Source of the DNA: the human T2T-CHM13v2.0 reference genome, Homo sapiens
Length of the DNA stretch: 64,000 nucleotides
Reading direction: 5' to 3' (one strand)
Assembly (NCBI RefSeq): GCF_009914755.1
Contig: NC_060940.1
Shown: positions 35,130 through 47,440 of the stretch, piece by piece
Layout: every line of letters begins with the position of its first letter
Numbering within the stretch: position 1 is the stretch's first letter
Program-made: the position numbers and the translations under genes
Notes under the pieces: model-generated
What the model was told of the DNA's origin: nothing
Seen by the model: only the letters and a program-made list of their open reading frames with translations
Database searches by the model: none

Positions 35130-36398
35130 GTAGGGGGCATGAAGGGTCCCAGGAGGAGGTGGGCACACAGTGGAGGGGGAAGTCCAGCCCCAAAGTCGGT
35201 GGGGGAGCAAGGAGTGAGAGGAGAGAGCCCCGGGGATTCTAAGAGGTGGGTGGGGGCTTGGCTATGGGGTGAGAGAAGTAGCTTGAGGATGTGCTGAGCT
35301 GAGCACCCGCAAGTCAGGTATAACAAATAGCAGGGTGGGTTGGGCAGCACGTGGGGGCGTGGTCAGGCCGAGGCTGCTACCTGGGCTCCTCCATTACACT
35401 GTAGCCAGAATGGAATGGTCTTTCTGTTCAGGGGAAGGTCACTGGGTACCCCCTGGCTGCTGTGTCTGGAAACCCTCCTGAGTCAGCCAGTAAAGTAATG
35501 ACTTCCAGAGAAAAAGAGGAAGCCATTGGTTTGGTCTAGGTTCCATTCTTTCCTGGAGCAGGCCGGGTGCCAGGGAACAAGGGATGGGGCATGGGCTCCA
35601 CGGCTTCCCTGCTGACTTGGCCACGGAAACTGGTTCACTGGTTGGCACCCTACTCCCTGTCCCTCTTTCCCTGCGCCTTGTCTCTGCTGCTCCTCTCCTT
35701 GGAAACTAGACCTCTGGTCCTTCCCTGTCAGTGTTGCTCCCATCTCTTCTCTAACCTTTATTCAGCCCCTTTTCCCTCTGCTGCCAACGGCCTTTTTAGG
35801 ATCCAACCAAACCACCCTTTCTACCTGCGCACCCTGCCACCCTCTGCACACCTTTAACTGGAGGACTGAGTCACAGATAATTGTTTCCTTGAAGTCCAGG
35901 CCCAGCTGCAGCAACAACAGTCATTAGCCCGTGTCACATCCCTGATCAGAGGGCATCTCCGTGGGGAATCGCCTCCACCCAGCACTGCTGGAAGCCGCGG
36001 CTGCCAGGGAGTGGGGCGGCCGGTTCCCTCAGCAGGACCTGGGCTGGCCTCTCCACCTCCCCTAGTAGAGGCGGACCCATTCCATCTAGTGGCCACCGAG
36101 GGTGGGTGGCCCTGAGATGGTGGGCCCTTGACAGGCCTTGTCAGAGCAGAGGGCAGGTGGGAGTCACCTGAAAGCTGAAGGAATGGCTTTAAGGATAGAA
36201 GATTTCTCATGACCTCAAGGGATATGAGGGAGGAGCCAGTTTGCCAGGGCTGGGAAAATAATTAGGAGGCCTAGAATCCCTGTTCTCATCTGGGCCTCCG
36301 GGGCCAGGGGCAGGGGAATGGCCTGCAGGGCTGGGAGGGGGTACACGCTGTGCGGGGTCTGCCCCTCAGTTGGTGACCTCCTCTCTCTCTCCCCCCAG

Positions 36399-36520
36399 GA
36401 GCCCCAGTGGCACCAGTGACGGGCAGAGGGGACTTGCCATTGCCCCCTCCACCCACCCCCACGACCCCACTCCTGGATCCTTCACCCCAGTGGCCTGCAG
36501 ACCTCAGCTTCTCCCTCTGA
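36399..36520 (+). CDS. ZNF646: ZNF646 terminal coding exon (GAPVAPVTGRGDLPLPPPPTPTTPLLDPSPQWPADLSFSL*)
   Basis: Polypyrimidine tract + CAG at 36396-36398; 5377+122 nt = 1832 aa + stop. Confidence 0.9.
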
Positions 36521-36879
36521 ACTTCAAGTCTCCAAAGATCAGAATCTGGGGGAGGGAGCGCGTGCAGGGAGGGGCTTGATCTCCACATTTTCTCAGGAGT
36601 AGTTCGGGCATCCCCATATCTTCTCCTCTCCCCTTGTGAAGAGGACCCAGATCTGGCTTCTTTCCCAAGGAGGGGGTGGGGTGTTCCTCGCGTCCCTGTC
36701 CTTGAAGGACCTCCTTCCCCCAGCCTCATCACCGTGCTCTTCTCAGCGCCACCCTCAGCAGCCAGATTGCAACACCAGGGAGAGGTGGATGCAGAGCCCC
36801 ACCGGTGGGAAAGTTGCCTGTGGAAGGGAGCCTTTTGCTACAATTTGTAACTTATTTTCTAAAGTCTATTTTGTAACAA

Positions 36880-36885
36880 TTTATT
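36880..36885 (-). terminator. PRSS53: PRSS53 poly(A) signal AATAAA
   Basis: tttatt on + in an AT-rich patch ~330 nt after the PRSS53 stop. Confidence 0.75.
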
Positions 36886-37217
36886 TAAGTTTAAAAAAAG
36901 GAAAACTGCTGCCCCCCAAAAAAAGAAATTTTCAAAACAACGTGGCTGGCGTGATTGTATCTGAAAGAGTAAAGGAGGAGGAAAGCTGAGACGCCTGCTT
37001 GGTAGCAGAGTTGGGTGTGGGAGTGTCCACAGACACCCCTGTCCTGCAGGGTGGGGAGTGGGCACCTGTGGCCCCAGGCAGGTTCCTTCCCACAGCTGCT
37101 GGGCTTCTGGGCCTGCCCTGGTGCCTGGAATCACACATGACAGGGTGGGGAGGACAGGGGCAGTAATGCCATTTGCCTGCCTGCATTCTCTTGTCCTGAG
37201 AATGGCCAGGTCCCCTG

Positions 37218-37237
37218 TCAGCAGCTGGTTGGTTGGC
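37218..37237 (-). CDS. PRSS53: Serine protease 53 (polyserase-3) coding exon 11
   Basis: CCCCACAG|GC CAA CCA ACC AGC TGC TGA; the 11 exons sum to 1662 nt = 553 aa + stop. Confidence 0.88.
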
Positions 37238-37546
37238 CTGTGGGGAAGGAAGGAGGGTGGAGTTGTCCTCATCCTCACGGCTTTGGTCCCTCCCTCCCTC
37301 CCCATTCCTCGAAGGAACAGGGTCTGTCTTGGCCGCCATGACAGATGAGAATACTGAGGCTCAAAGCGGTTGAGCAGCCTGCTCCAAGTCACACGATGAC
37401 AAAGAACCAGAATCTGAATCAAATGGGTCTGCCTGTTGCTCCACCCTACCCAAGGCAGCTGGAGTGGGTTAGAACGGCACGTTCTCACTGGAGAGAGAAG
37501 GGTCCTGGAGAGGCAGGGTTTGGCAGGAGGCCCCGGGGCCACATAC

Positions 37547-37763
37547 TTATGTTGGCCAGGCAGCTTCCAGGCTCAGCCTCGGGCTCTGGTTCCTCGGCGA
37601 AGTAGACCTGCCAGTCCAAACTGCTGACCCAGTCCTCATAGGCAGGGAGCGCGGTGAAGACCGCCGGCCTGGCGGGGCCTTGGCAAGCATCTCCGAAGCT
37701 GTGCAGCCCGGCCAGGAACCATGTGCCCCTCACCTCATGCACCAGTGGTGCCCCAGACAGGCC
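37547..37763 (-). CDS. PRSS53: PRSS53 exon 10 (domain-2 catalytic Ser in GLSGAP)
   Basis: GLSGAPLVHEVRGTWFLAGLHSFGDAC...; AG/GT boundaries. Confidence 0.93.
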
Positions 37764-37985
37764 CTGTCAGGGGTCAGGTGACACTGGGTGACTTTTTATA
37801 GGCAGCTGTGCAGGACGGTAGAGCAGGCTAGGGAACCTCTGGCTGTTTGGGGGCTAATTGGCAAAAAGGCTTAGTTTCAGGTGGGAGGTGGGTCCAGAGG
37901 CCAAGCCTGGAAGGTCCGTTCTTGAGCTATTGGGTGAGGGGATGCCAGGGGCCTGTTAGGTAAGGTGTGGGGGCCTGGGGCTCAC

Positions 37986-38131
37986 CTCACAGCTGGGCAG
38001 CTCACCCACAGCACTGGTACACACCATCCCCGGCAGAATAGGGCTGCCATCACCCCCAGGAGCTGCATGCAGCCGGCTGCAGGCCCTAGGCCCCAGGAGG
38101 GTCACGGGCACTGTCTGGAGGGAGCTGATGC
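37986..38131 (-). CDS. PRSS53: PRSS53 exon 9
   Basis: GISSLQTVPVTLLGPRAC...MVCTSAVGELPSCE; AG/GT boundaries. Confidence 0.93.
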
Positions 38132-38207
38132 CTGTGGAGCAAGGGAAAGCTGGCTGCCCCGGCCTGCAGGTTGGATGGACAGCAGCCCTGGCCCTGTGCC
38201 CACCTAC

Positions 38208-38452
38208 CTGCTCCTGGGCGGGCCCGTCCCAGAACCCAGCCACGCTCCCCATCAGGCAGGTGGTGGTCAGGATAGGGCAGGCAGAGGGGCCGCAGGCTGG
38301 CTCCCAGTGTCACAGGCTGGGCCAGCAGCAGGAGGGCCATGTCGTAGCCCCCCTCAGGGTGGGTGTAGGCTCCATGCAGGATGAGCTGCTTCAGGCCCCA
38401 CTCCTCCGGTCTGGTCCCCAGCCCTACGCTCCATTCCTCTGGGGCCTGGCGC
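38208..38452 (-). CDS. PRSS53: PRSS53 exon 8 (domain-2 Asp, YDMALL)
   Basis: RQAPEEWSVGLG...GYDMALLLL...PLCLP; AG/GT boundaries. Confidence 0.93.
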
Positions 38453-38537
38453 CTGTGCAGAGGCAGTGTGGACGGCACCAGGTGACAGGGCTGCCGGCAG
38501 GGGCAGGGGGCACAGCAGAGAGGGATCCAAGACTCAC

Positions 38538-38688
38538 CCAATGAAGCAGTGGGCAGCAGTTAGCACCGCCTCCTCTGACACCAGGGCTCCGCCACAGGCC
38601 AGCTGTCCCTGGTGCATCAGCCTGGCCTCCCAGGGCCATGGGGAGGGTGCTCCTGCCTGGGGACCTGCTGTCCTCAAGGATCCACAGG
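38538..38688 (-). CDS. PRSS53: PRSS53 exon 7 (domain-2 His, LTAAHC)
   Basis: ACGSLRTAGPQAGAPSPWPWEA...[18 protein letters not shown]. Confidence 0.95.
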
Positions 38689-38699
38689 CTGAAACAGAT

Positions 38700-38900
38700 A
38701 AGTGCCTCATCTGACTTCTTGCTAAGCACTTCCCACTTCCCATCAAATCCTCACAGTAGCTTTTGAAATTGAATTTTGTTCCCCTCATTACTGAAGGTAA
38801 CCAAAGTTCCAGAGAGGTTAAGAGACTTCCTTGCTCTGTAACTACAGGCAAGTGGCAGACTTGCGATTCGCAAGCCAGGGCCTGAGCTTTTAGCCCTGTT
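38700..38900. mobile_element. MIR fragment
   Basis: aaatcctcacagtag...ctgaaggtaaccaaagttccagagaggttaagagacttcc. Confidence 0.5.
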
Positions 38901-39391
38901 GGTCTGATGGGACCCCTGTCCCAGCCTCGTGGGAATGCCCCTACTTGTCACTCCCCTGCTCCACCCGTCTGCACCCTCCAGGATGGGCCTGCCTCCCGTA
39001 TTCCTGACTCATTAGTGCATCTCTTATCATCAAGACATAATATCCGTCCCAGGAATTACTTTGCATTCAATTTGCATGCCAGTCACTTAATGCCGGAATT
39101 CTGACTGGGAGCCCTACCCTGTGCAGGCTCGCTGGGTCCCTGCTGGAAGCCTGCCACTTCCCCAGAAACCCAAGTCAGGTCTCAGAGATTCCTCTTCTCA
39201 CCTAAACTCCAAACCTGTAGAGTTCCAAAGTGCCTGTGCCTCTCAGCCCTAACAGGGCTGTTCCCATCCCAGGGGGTGAAAGAGCCCCCTAATTAGGCTC
39301 GGCGGTGTGGATGCCTATGCCAGTTCTCTAGTCCTAACTGAGGTTTGCTTCACAGTGGCTTCTGCCCACTCCCAGCATGCCCCACTCGTAC

Positions 39392-39611
39392 CTACACAGC
39401 TGTCCTCATCACTCATCTCCGGGGTCTCTGGGCTCTGGGCCAGGAAAGCTGCCCCCTGAACTCGAGCCTGCAGCCAGGAACTGTGAGCAGCTGTGTTGGT
39501 CAGCAGCACAGGAGCGTCCTCCTGGGCACAGCTTGATGCAAAGCTGATGATGCCAGCCTGAACCCAGTGTCCGTCAGGCTCGAGGCACAGCACAGGGCCC
39601 CCGGAATCTCC
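39392..39611 (-). CDS. PRSS53: PRSS53 exon 6 (domain-1 GDSGGP)
   Basis: GDSGGPVLCLEPDGHWVQAGIISF... Confidence 0.96.
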
Positions 39612-39764
39612 CTGGAGCCAGGCAACAAAGCCAAGGACAGATGCCTGAGCCCAGCTATGGCAGACACCCTCTGATTGCAGCTCTTTCCCCCAGTCCTGTG
39701 AGTCCAACCCCCAGCCCAGGGTTAGGCCCCTCCCCTTCTGCTCCTTCTCTTCTCCCTATCAGAC

Positions 39765-39919
39765 CTGACAGGGGCCCTGCACCCCAGGCTGGGGGCCCCC
39801 ACATAGCATCCCAGGCCGGGCCGGGTTGGACAGGTGTCGCTGGTGCAGCTGGTTGTAGATACAGTTACATGTGGGGCGACTGATGAGACGCAGGCGCAGA
39901 TTGCGTAGGGTCCCAGGAG
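39765..39919 (-). CDS. PRSS53: PRSS53 exon 5
   Basis: APGTLRNLRLRLISRPTC...MLCGG...GPCQ. Confidence 0.94.
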
Positions 39920-40060
39920 CTGGTGAAAGAGACGGGGCTGGGGCTAGAGTCTGGGATCTGGGAAGCAAGGGAGACTGGAAGCCAGGACAGTTGGGAGCTG
40001 AGACTGTGACGCTGGGCAAGCAGAGTGCCTCTCCGAGCTTCAGTCTGGGCCAGCACTTAC

Positions 40061-40326
40061 CATCACTGGTGTCCTGATCCCAGCCAGTGGCCCAGCAGGA
40101 GGCTCCAAAGGGGAAGCGATGGGCGGGCTGGGGCAGGCAGAGGGGTGTGTGGGTCGTGGGGTGGGCGAGCTGCAGCAGGGCCAGGTCTGAGCCCTGGCTG
40201 TAGTGGTTATAGGCCCTGGGCAACTGCAGGGCAGCCACCCCCACCTCTTCGGCCCCAGGGCTGAGTCCCTCACGCTGCAGAGAACCCAGGACCACTGACC
40301 AGGAATTCAGTTCTGTTGCTGCTGCC
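40061..40326 (-). CDS. PRSS53: PRSS53 exon 4 (domain-1 Asp, SDLALL)
   Basis: WSVVLGSL...SDLALLQL...PLCLP...CWATGW. Confidence 0.95.
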
Positions 40327-40964
40327 CTGGAAGGGGAAGGACAAGGTCCAGGCTGCTGAGTGCAAGGGTAGACAGTGACACCATGGGAGACCCCACAGGT
40401 AGGTGGAAGATAGCAGAGAGCACTCCACGGCTTTTTCTTTTTGAGGTAGGGTCTCGTCCTGTCGCCCAGGCTGCAGTGCAGTGGCATGACCATGACTCAC
40501 TACAAGCCTTGACCTCCCAGGCTCAAGCGATCCTCCCACCTCAGCCTCGTGAGTAGCTGGGACTACAGGCGTGCACCACCATGCCTGGCTAATTTTACAG
40601 TTTTTGTAGAGACATGGTCTTGCTATGTTGCACAGGCTAGTCTTGAACTCTTGGGCTCAAGCGATCCTCCCTCCGTGGCCTCCCAAAGTGCTGGGATTAC
40701 AAGCGTGAGCTACTGTGCCCGGCCTCAGTCTGTGACTTTAAGCGAGGTCATTCCCTTGCAACCTGAGTTTTCTGATTTGTAAATCTTCTACCATGAAAGG
40801 TGGTTGTTACAATTAACTTGACAATATGTACCCAGTACATGGCAGATTCTCAGTAAATGGTTCTTTATTATTACTCTAGAGGCAGGGACTAGCCTTGTGG
40901 GGCTTGAGACAAATTGTCCACTCCCCAGAGCCGGAGACCCTGCCTGACCCCAGCCATGACTTAC

Positions 40965-41127
40965 TTTTCAAAGCAGTGGGCAGCAGTGAGGACCCAGGTG
41001 TCTGCCACCAGGGAGCCGCTGCAGATGTGGGCTCCTTGCCTCCTCACACTGGCCTGCCAGGGCCACTCGCCAGGGACTGTGTTGCCCTCCTGAGGCTTGG
41101 GGGGGCCGGGGCCACGCTGTCCACAGG
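40965..41127 (-). CDS. PRSS53: PRSS53 exon 3 (domain-1 His, LTAAHC)
   Basis: [28 protein letters not shown]...[18 protein letters not shown] (read by hand). Confidence 0.94.
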
Positions 41128-41233
41128 CTGTGGAAAGGAGTTAGTCACACTGACAGCAGATACCTGTCCTGACCTCACCCCAGTCCCAACCCAGACCCAA
41201 GTAAGACCTAGGCCCCGTGTCCCCAGACCTTAC

Positions 41234-41254
41234 CACGCTGAGCGGCTTGAAGAC
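41234..41254 (-). CDS. PRSS53: PRSS53 exon 2, 21-nt microexon (GLQAAQRA)
   Basis: TCTCTTCCCAG|GTCTTCAAGCCGCTCAGCGTG|GTAAGG; phase 1-1. Confidence 0.85.
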
Positions 41255-42179
41255 CTGGGAAGAGAGAGACACAGGTAAGATGCAGGGACTCCAGGCCTGC
41301 CTAGCTTTGGGGAGGAGAGGGGATGGGCTGGGGGGCGGGCCCAGGGTCCTTGCCTGTGACTCTGATTACCTTACCAGCCCCTCCCAGAATGAAAATATTT
41401 ATATGAGGCCGAGACAGCTTTTATTGGAACCTATTCAGTGTGCACACTCAGTAATTAATTCTCCTTCAGCTGTGCTCAGCACTCTGGGGCTTGGGGTTCA
41501 GCTTGGGAGTAGGCCAGCCCTCCTCCAGGCTTCAGAACCCCCAACTCCTGCCCCCGCCACTGAGTCAGCCAGGCGGCCTGTGTGTGTAGAGAGCATTAGC
41601 TTAATTGTCCTCTTAGCAGCAGAGGCCTAAGAGGAAGGATTAGAGGCCTGCATCATTTCCAAGTGGGGAGGGCCCCAAGAAATGGAGACTTACCTCACCC
41701 TGGTCTAGAGACTCAGTCTTCCCCACCTTCCCAGAAACTGTCTGAGAGCCCGCCAGAGAGAGGGCCCCTGCCCACCGCCCCTCACAGGCACACAGGCACC
41801 CCATGAGACAGCTGAGCCAGGCTGCCCAGAGGATGGATGAAAAGAAAGGGAAACTGAGGCCAGAGGAGCCCAGAGTTTGCCTGACGTCATTGTGGAAGTC
41901 GAGGGGGAGGCAGGCACAGGACACACGCAGGCAGCACCTCACACACACACAAGACCACAGGCCCCGCCAACGCAAACTGCAGCTGGCCCGAGAAAATCTC
42001 ATCCATGTTGACACAGGTGGCCACATATACCACCCCACAGAGTCCTACGGAGTTACATCCCCACTGGTGGACTGTCGCCCACAGGCGGTCCCCCCACCAA
42101 GAAGCAGGGACTGCTGGGGCAGAGATGGCCCCTGAGCCCCCACCAGGCCACACCCATACCCCAGCACATGGCGGCTTAC

Positions 42180-42237
42180 CCTCCATGAGGACTGTGGCAC
42201 CCGCGATGAGCAGCACTGGGCCCCAGCACCACTTCAT
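42180..42237 (-). CDS. PRSS53: PRSS53 exon 1 (signal peptide MKWCWGPVLLIAGATVLME)
   Basis: ATG 42237; donor G|GTAAGC at 42180/42179. Confidence 0.92.
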
Positions 42238-43129
42238 GCTGCCCCGGGCCACTCTGCCACCTGTGCTCCACTCTGAGAGAGGCCACCTGGGTCTCCCTGG
42301 CTCCACCTCTGCTCCACCTCCAGTTGGCTAGGATTCAGCTGTCTGCTTGCCCTAGCCAGCAGTTCCTAGCTCTGGGGCTGTGGCTGTGTGACCCTAGGCT
42401 TGTCACCACCCCTCTCTGGGCCTTAGCCGTGGAGCCAAATTGTCTGGGTTTAAATCTGTTTCCTTACTACTTGAGTGGCCTGGGAGAGCTAACCTGCCTG
42501 TGCCTTGTCTGAGAAACAGTTGTTGAATGGAAAACGTCTCAATGACAGCCTGGCACAGGGCAAGCTCACTCCCAGCATGAAAGTGCCATCCTGGAACCAT
42601 GGAGGGCACGTGGGCAGCTCCTCCCAGTCCCCACTTTTCATTTCCACTCCCCCACTTCTCTTCCAGCCAGGGCTAGGTGGGTTTCACATGCCTTCTCCCA
42701 GGTCTGCTCAGAGACAGTGTGTGCCAGGCTGAGTGGTGAGGAGCCAGCACCCACTGCTGCTTGCTCGCTGTGAGCCTTTGGCAAATCCCAGTATCTCCCT
42801 GGGCCTGCTGGCTTCCTGGGAAACAGGGTGACAGCGGTGCCCACCTTCCTCATAGGCGCAGAGGACTCGGTCAGGCGGGAAGAACACTTTGGCGCGTGCC
42901 TCCTCTTCCTCTTCCCACTCCTAACTCAGGCTGGCCCAGACCATTCAAGAACCCTGACCCCAAGACAGAGGCAGCTGTGGGTAAGGTTTAGCATATATTA
43001 TAGATGCTGGCCGGGCATGGTGGCTCACGCCTGTAATCCCAGCACTTTGGGAGGCCAAAGCAGGCAGATCACCTGAGGTCGGGAGTGCGAGACCAGCCTG
43101 ACCAACATAGAGAAACACTGTCTCTACTA

Positions 43130-43288
<159 letters not shown>

Positions 43289-44108
43289 TCAAAAACAAAC
43301 CAACAAAAAAAAAAGCATATAGATGCTGGAGCCAGATGGACCAGGTGGATTCAAATCCCGAGAGCCTCCTGCAGTAGCTGTGTGATCTCAGGCATACTAA
43401 TTAGCCACTCTGTCCCTATCATCAAGATAGGGATAATAATAGTACCCACCTCATAAATCACTGTAAAGATTAAACGAGTTTAACACGTTAACACAAGTTT
43501 TTTTTTGTTTTTTGTTTTTTTTTGGAGACGGTCTTGCTCTGTTGCTCAGGCTGGAGTGCAGTGATCATGGCTCACTGCAGCCTCAACCTTCTGGGCTCAA
43601 GCAGTCTTCCCGCCAGCTTCCCGATTAGTTGGGACTATAGGTACATACACCACCATGCCTGGCTAATTTTTTTTTTTTTTTTTTTTTGTAGAGACAGGGG
43701 TCTCACTATTTTGCCCAGGCTGGTCTGGAACTCCTGGCCTCAAGTGATCCTCCTGCCTTGGCCTCCCAAAGTACAGGGATTACAGGTGTGAGCCACTGCA
43801 CCCTGCCAACACAAGTTCTTAAACAGTGCTTGGCATGTAGGTAAGTGGTCAGGGCATAATAGGCAAAACAAAAACCTTCACAACCTGGCCCTGACCCTCC
43901 AAGGCTACCAATACTGGCTTGGAATGGTCGATAAGGCAACTGGAGGGGTTAAAGTTAAACTCAAGGAAGAACTTCCCAGCAAGCATTTACAGAACCAGAA
44001 GGGCAGCCTGCCCTTCCAGGTGTGTGCTCAGCCTTCCCAGGAGAGGAGGCCTGGCTCCTGTGGGCAGCAGGAGCGAGCTGCCAGCCTGTTTCCTGGGGGT
44101 GGGGGCCA

Positions 44109-44360
44109 ATGGTGCCCCAGGCCTTGCTGACTCCACACACTGGAGATGAGACTACCCATAACCACCCTTCCCAGCAGGCCCTCCACTCTCCCTCTGACTC
44201 ACCCTTCCCAGCTCCAGAGAAGGCAACACCGAGGGAGGCCCAGCACCACAGTCCATGGCAGACACATGGTTCAGACTTGGCTGATTGATCTAAGAAACTT
44301 TATTGCTCAGAACCTTCCCTCCCTGGGCAATGGAAAGAGCTTTGGAGACCAGCCCATGGG
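44109..44360. repeat. Arm A of a ~245-bp inverted duplication, spanning the VKORC1 poly(A) signal and downstream flank
   Basis: Manual alignment to the reverse complement of 45790-46043, ~27 differences. Confidence 0.93.
44299..44304 (-). terminator. VKORC1: VKORC1 poly(A) signal AATAAA
   Basis: tttatt on +, ~260 nt after the stop codon. Confidence 0.85.
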
Positions 44361-44561
44361 GACAGAGTCAGAGGCACTGGGTGTAAAAAAGAGCGAGCGT
44401 GTGGCACATTTGGTCCATTGTCATGTGCGGGTATGGCAGGAGGAGGGGGTAATCTAGAAGCCCCACATCTAGGGCCTTCTAGGGACCCAGATATGCCCCC
44501 TTAGGCAAGGCTCACATGCCAAAGCAAAGCAGATGAGGTCAGCCTGGCTTGGGTTGAGGGC

Positions 44562-44801
<240 letters not shown>

Positions 44802-44894
44802 TCAGGCACTGGCCACCTCCCGAACACTCCATGATGTCACTGCACTACCTAGATGCCAGGAGCTGCTGGGAAGGGTCTCTAAAACAAGAGGCTC

Positions 44895-45773
<879 letters not shown>

Positions 45774-45789
45774 AAGGCTTCAACAGGTC

Positions 45790-46043
45790 CCCTCCAAGGG
45801 ACTGGTCTCTGAAGCTCTTGCCATTGCCCAGGGAGGGAAAGTTCTGAGCAATAAAATTTCTTAAATAAATCGGCCAAGTCTGAACCATGTGTCAGCCAGG
45901 ACCGTGGTGCTGGGCCTCCCTCAGTGATGCCTTCTCTGGAGCTGGGAAGGGTGACTCAAAGGGAGCGTGGGAGCCTGCTGGGAAGGGTGGTAATGGATAG
46001 TCTCATCTCCGGCATATGGCATCAGCAAGGCCTGGGGCGCCAT
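45790..46043. repeat. Arm B of the inverted duplication, in VKORC1 intron 2
   Basis: Reverse complement of 44109-44360; carries + strand AATAAA at 45850 and 45864. Confidence 0.93.
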
Positions 46044-46194
46044 CGTCTTCCACTCCCTTGGTTCCTCTCTCTGTTCTTATGGGACTAGATACAAATTTTC
46101 CTGCTGAGCACTAAATGAGACAAAAGATAGCTCATGCTCAGCTTCTCCTTAAAAAGGAATTTCGGCATCTTTTCCACAAAACTGGGGTGTTGGT

Positions 46195-46507
46195 GGGGCA
46201 TGGTAGCTCACGCCTGTAATCCCCCCAGCACTTTGGGAGGCTGAGGCAGACAGATTGCTTGAGACCAGCCTGGGCAACATGGCGAGACACCATCTCTACC
46301 AAAAAAAAACAAAAACAAAAATTAGCTGGGCATAGTGGTGCACGCCTGTGATTCCAGCTGCTTGGGAGGCTAAGGTGGGAGGATCCCTTGGGCAGGGAGG
46401 CAGAGGTTGCCATGAACTGAGATCACGCCAGTGCACACTAAGGGCATCCTAGACCTCACTTTGGGCAACAGAGCCAGACCCTGTCTCAAAACAACAACAA
46501 ACAAAAA
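46195..46507 (+). mobile_element. Alu antisense to VKORC1 containing a candidate 84/82-nt cassette exon (46212-46295/46293)
   Basis: Alu arms; on - strand TTTTTTTGGTAG|AG|ATGG...CAGGC|GTGAG. Confidence 0.88.
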
Positions 46508-46642
46508 ACCTGGGGACCTAGGATGTCTTTAAGGGCCCTTCAGCCTCTAACAGTACTTAAACCAATTAAAAGACTCCTGTTAGTTACCTCCCCACATCCC
46601 CACCCGCAGGACGCTCCGTGATGAGCAGCTAGCTGGCTGTCA

Positions 46643-46882
<240 letters not shown>

Positions 46883-47125
46883 TTAGGACTGTCAACCCAG
46901 TGCCTTGGACCCTGCCCGAGAAAGGTGATTTCCAAGAAGCCACCTGGGCTATCCTCTGTTCCCCGACCTCCCATCCTAGTCCAAGGGTCGATGATCTCCT
47001 GGCACCGGGCACCTTTGGCCACGTCAGGATTCCATGTCACTGACCCTATCCTCCCCTCTCCCCAGACCAGGCCCGGACGTGGCTACTCCGTAGGCCCTGC
47101 TTTTCATCTTAGACCTTAAGTAAGT

Positions 47126-47127
<2 letters not shown>

Positions 47128-47164
<37 letters not shown>

Positions 47165-47440
47165 AGACGGAGTCTCACTCTGGCCCAGGCTGGAGTGCAG
47201 TGGCGCGATCTCGGCTCACTGAAACCTCCGCCTCCCGGGTTCAAGCGATTCTCCTGCCTTAGCCCCCCCGAGTAGCTGGGATTAAGGCACCCGCCATAGC
47301 GCCCGATTAATTTTTCTATTTTTGGTAGAGACAGGCTTTCACCATGTTGGCCAGGCTGGTCAACTCCTGACTTCAAGTGATCCATCCGCCTCGGCCTCCC
47401 AAAGTGCTGGGATTACAGGAGTGGGCCACCGCGCCCGGCC
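47128..47440 (-). mobile_element. Alu in VKORC1 intron 1 (sense to VKORC1)
   Basis: Poly(T) then antisense Alu on +; CCTTAAGTAA direct repeats flank it. Confidence 0.92.

Noticed and set aside
29771-35350. Many - strand ORFs up to 316 aa within ZNF646
   Set aside because: Antisense or alternative-frame shadows of the real CDS
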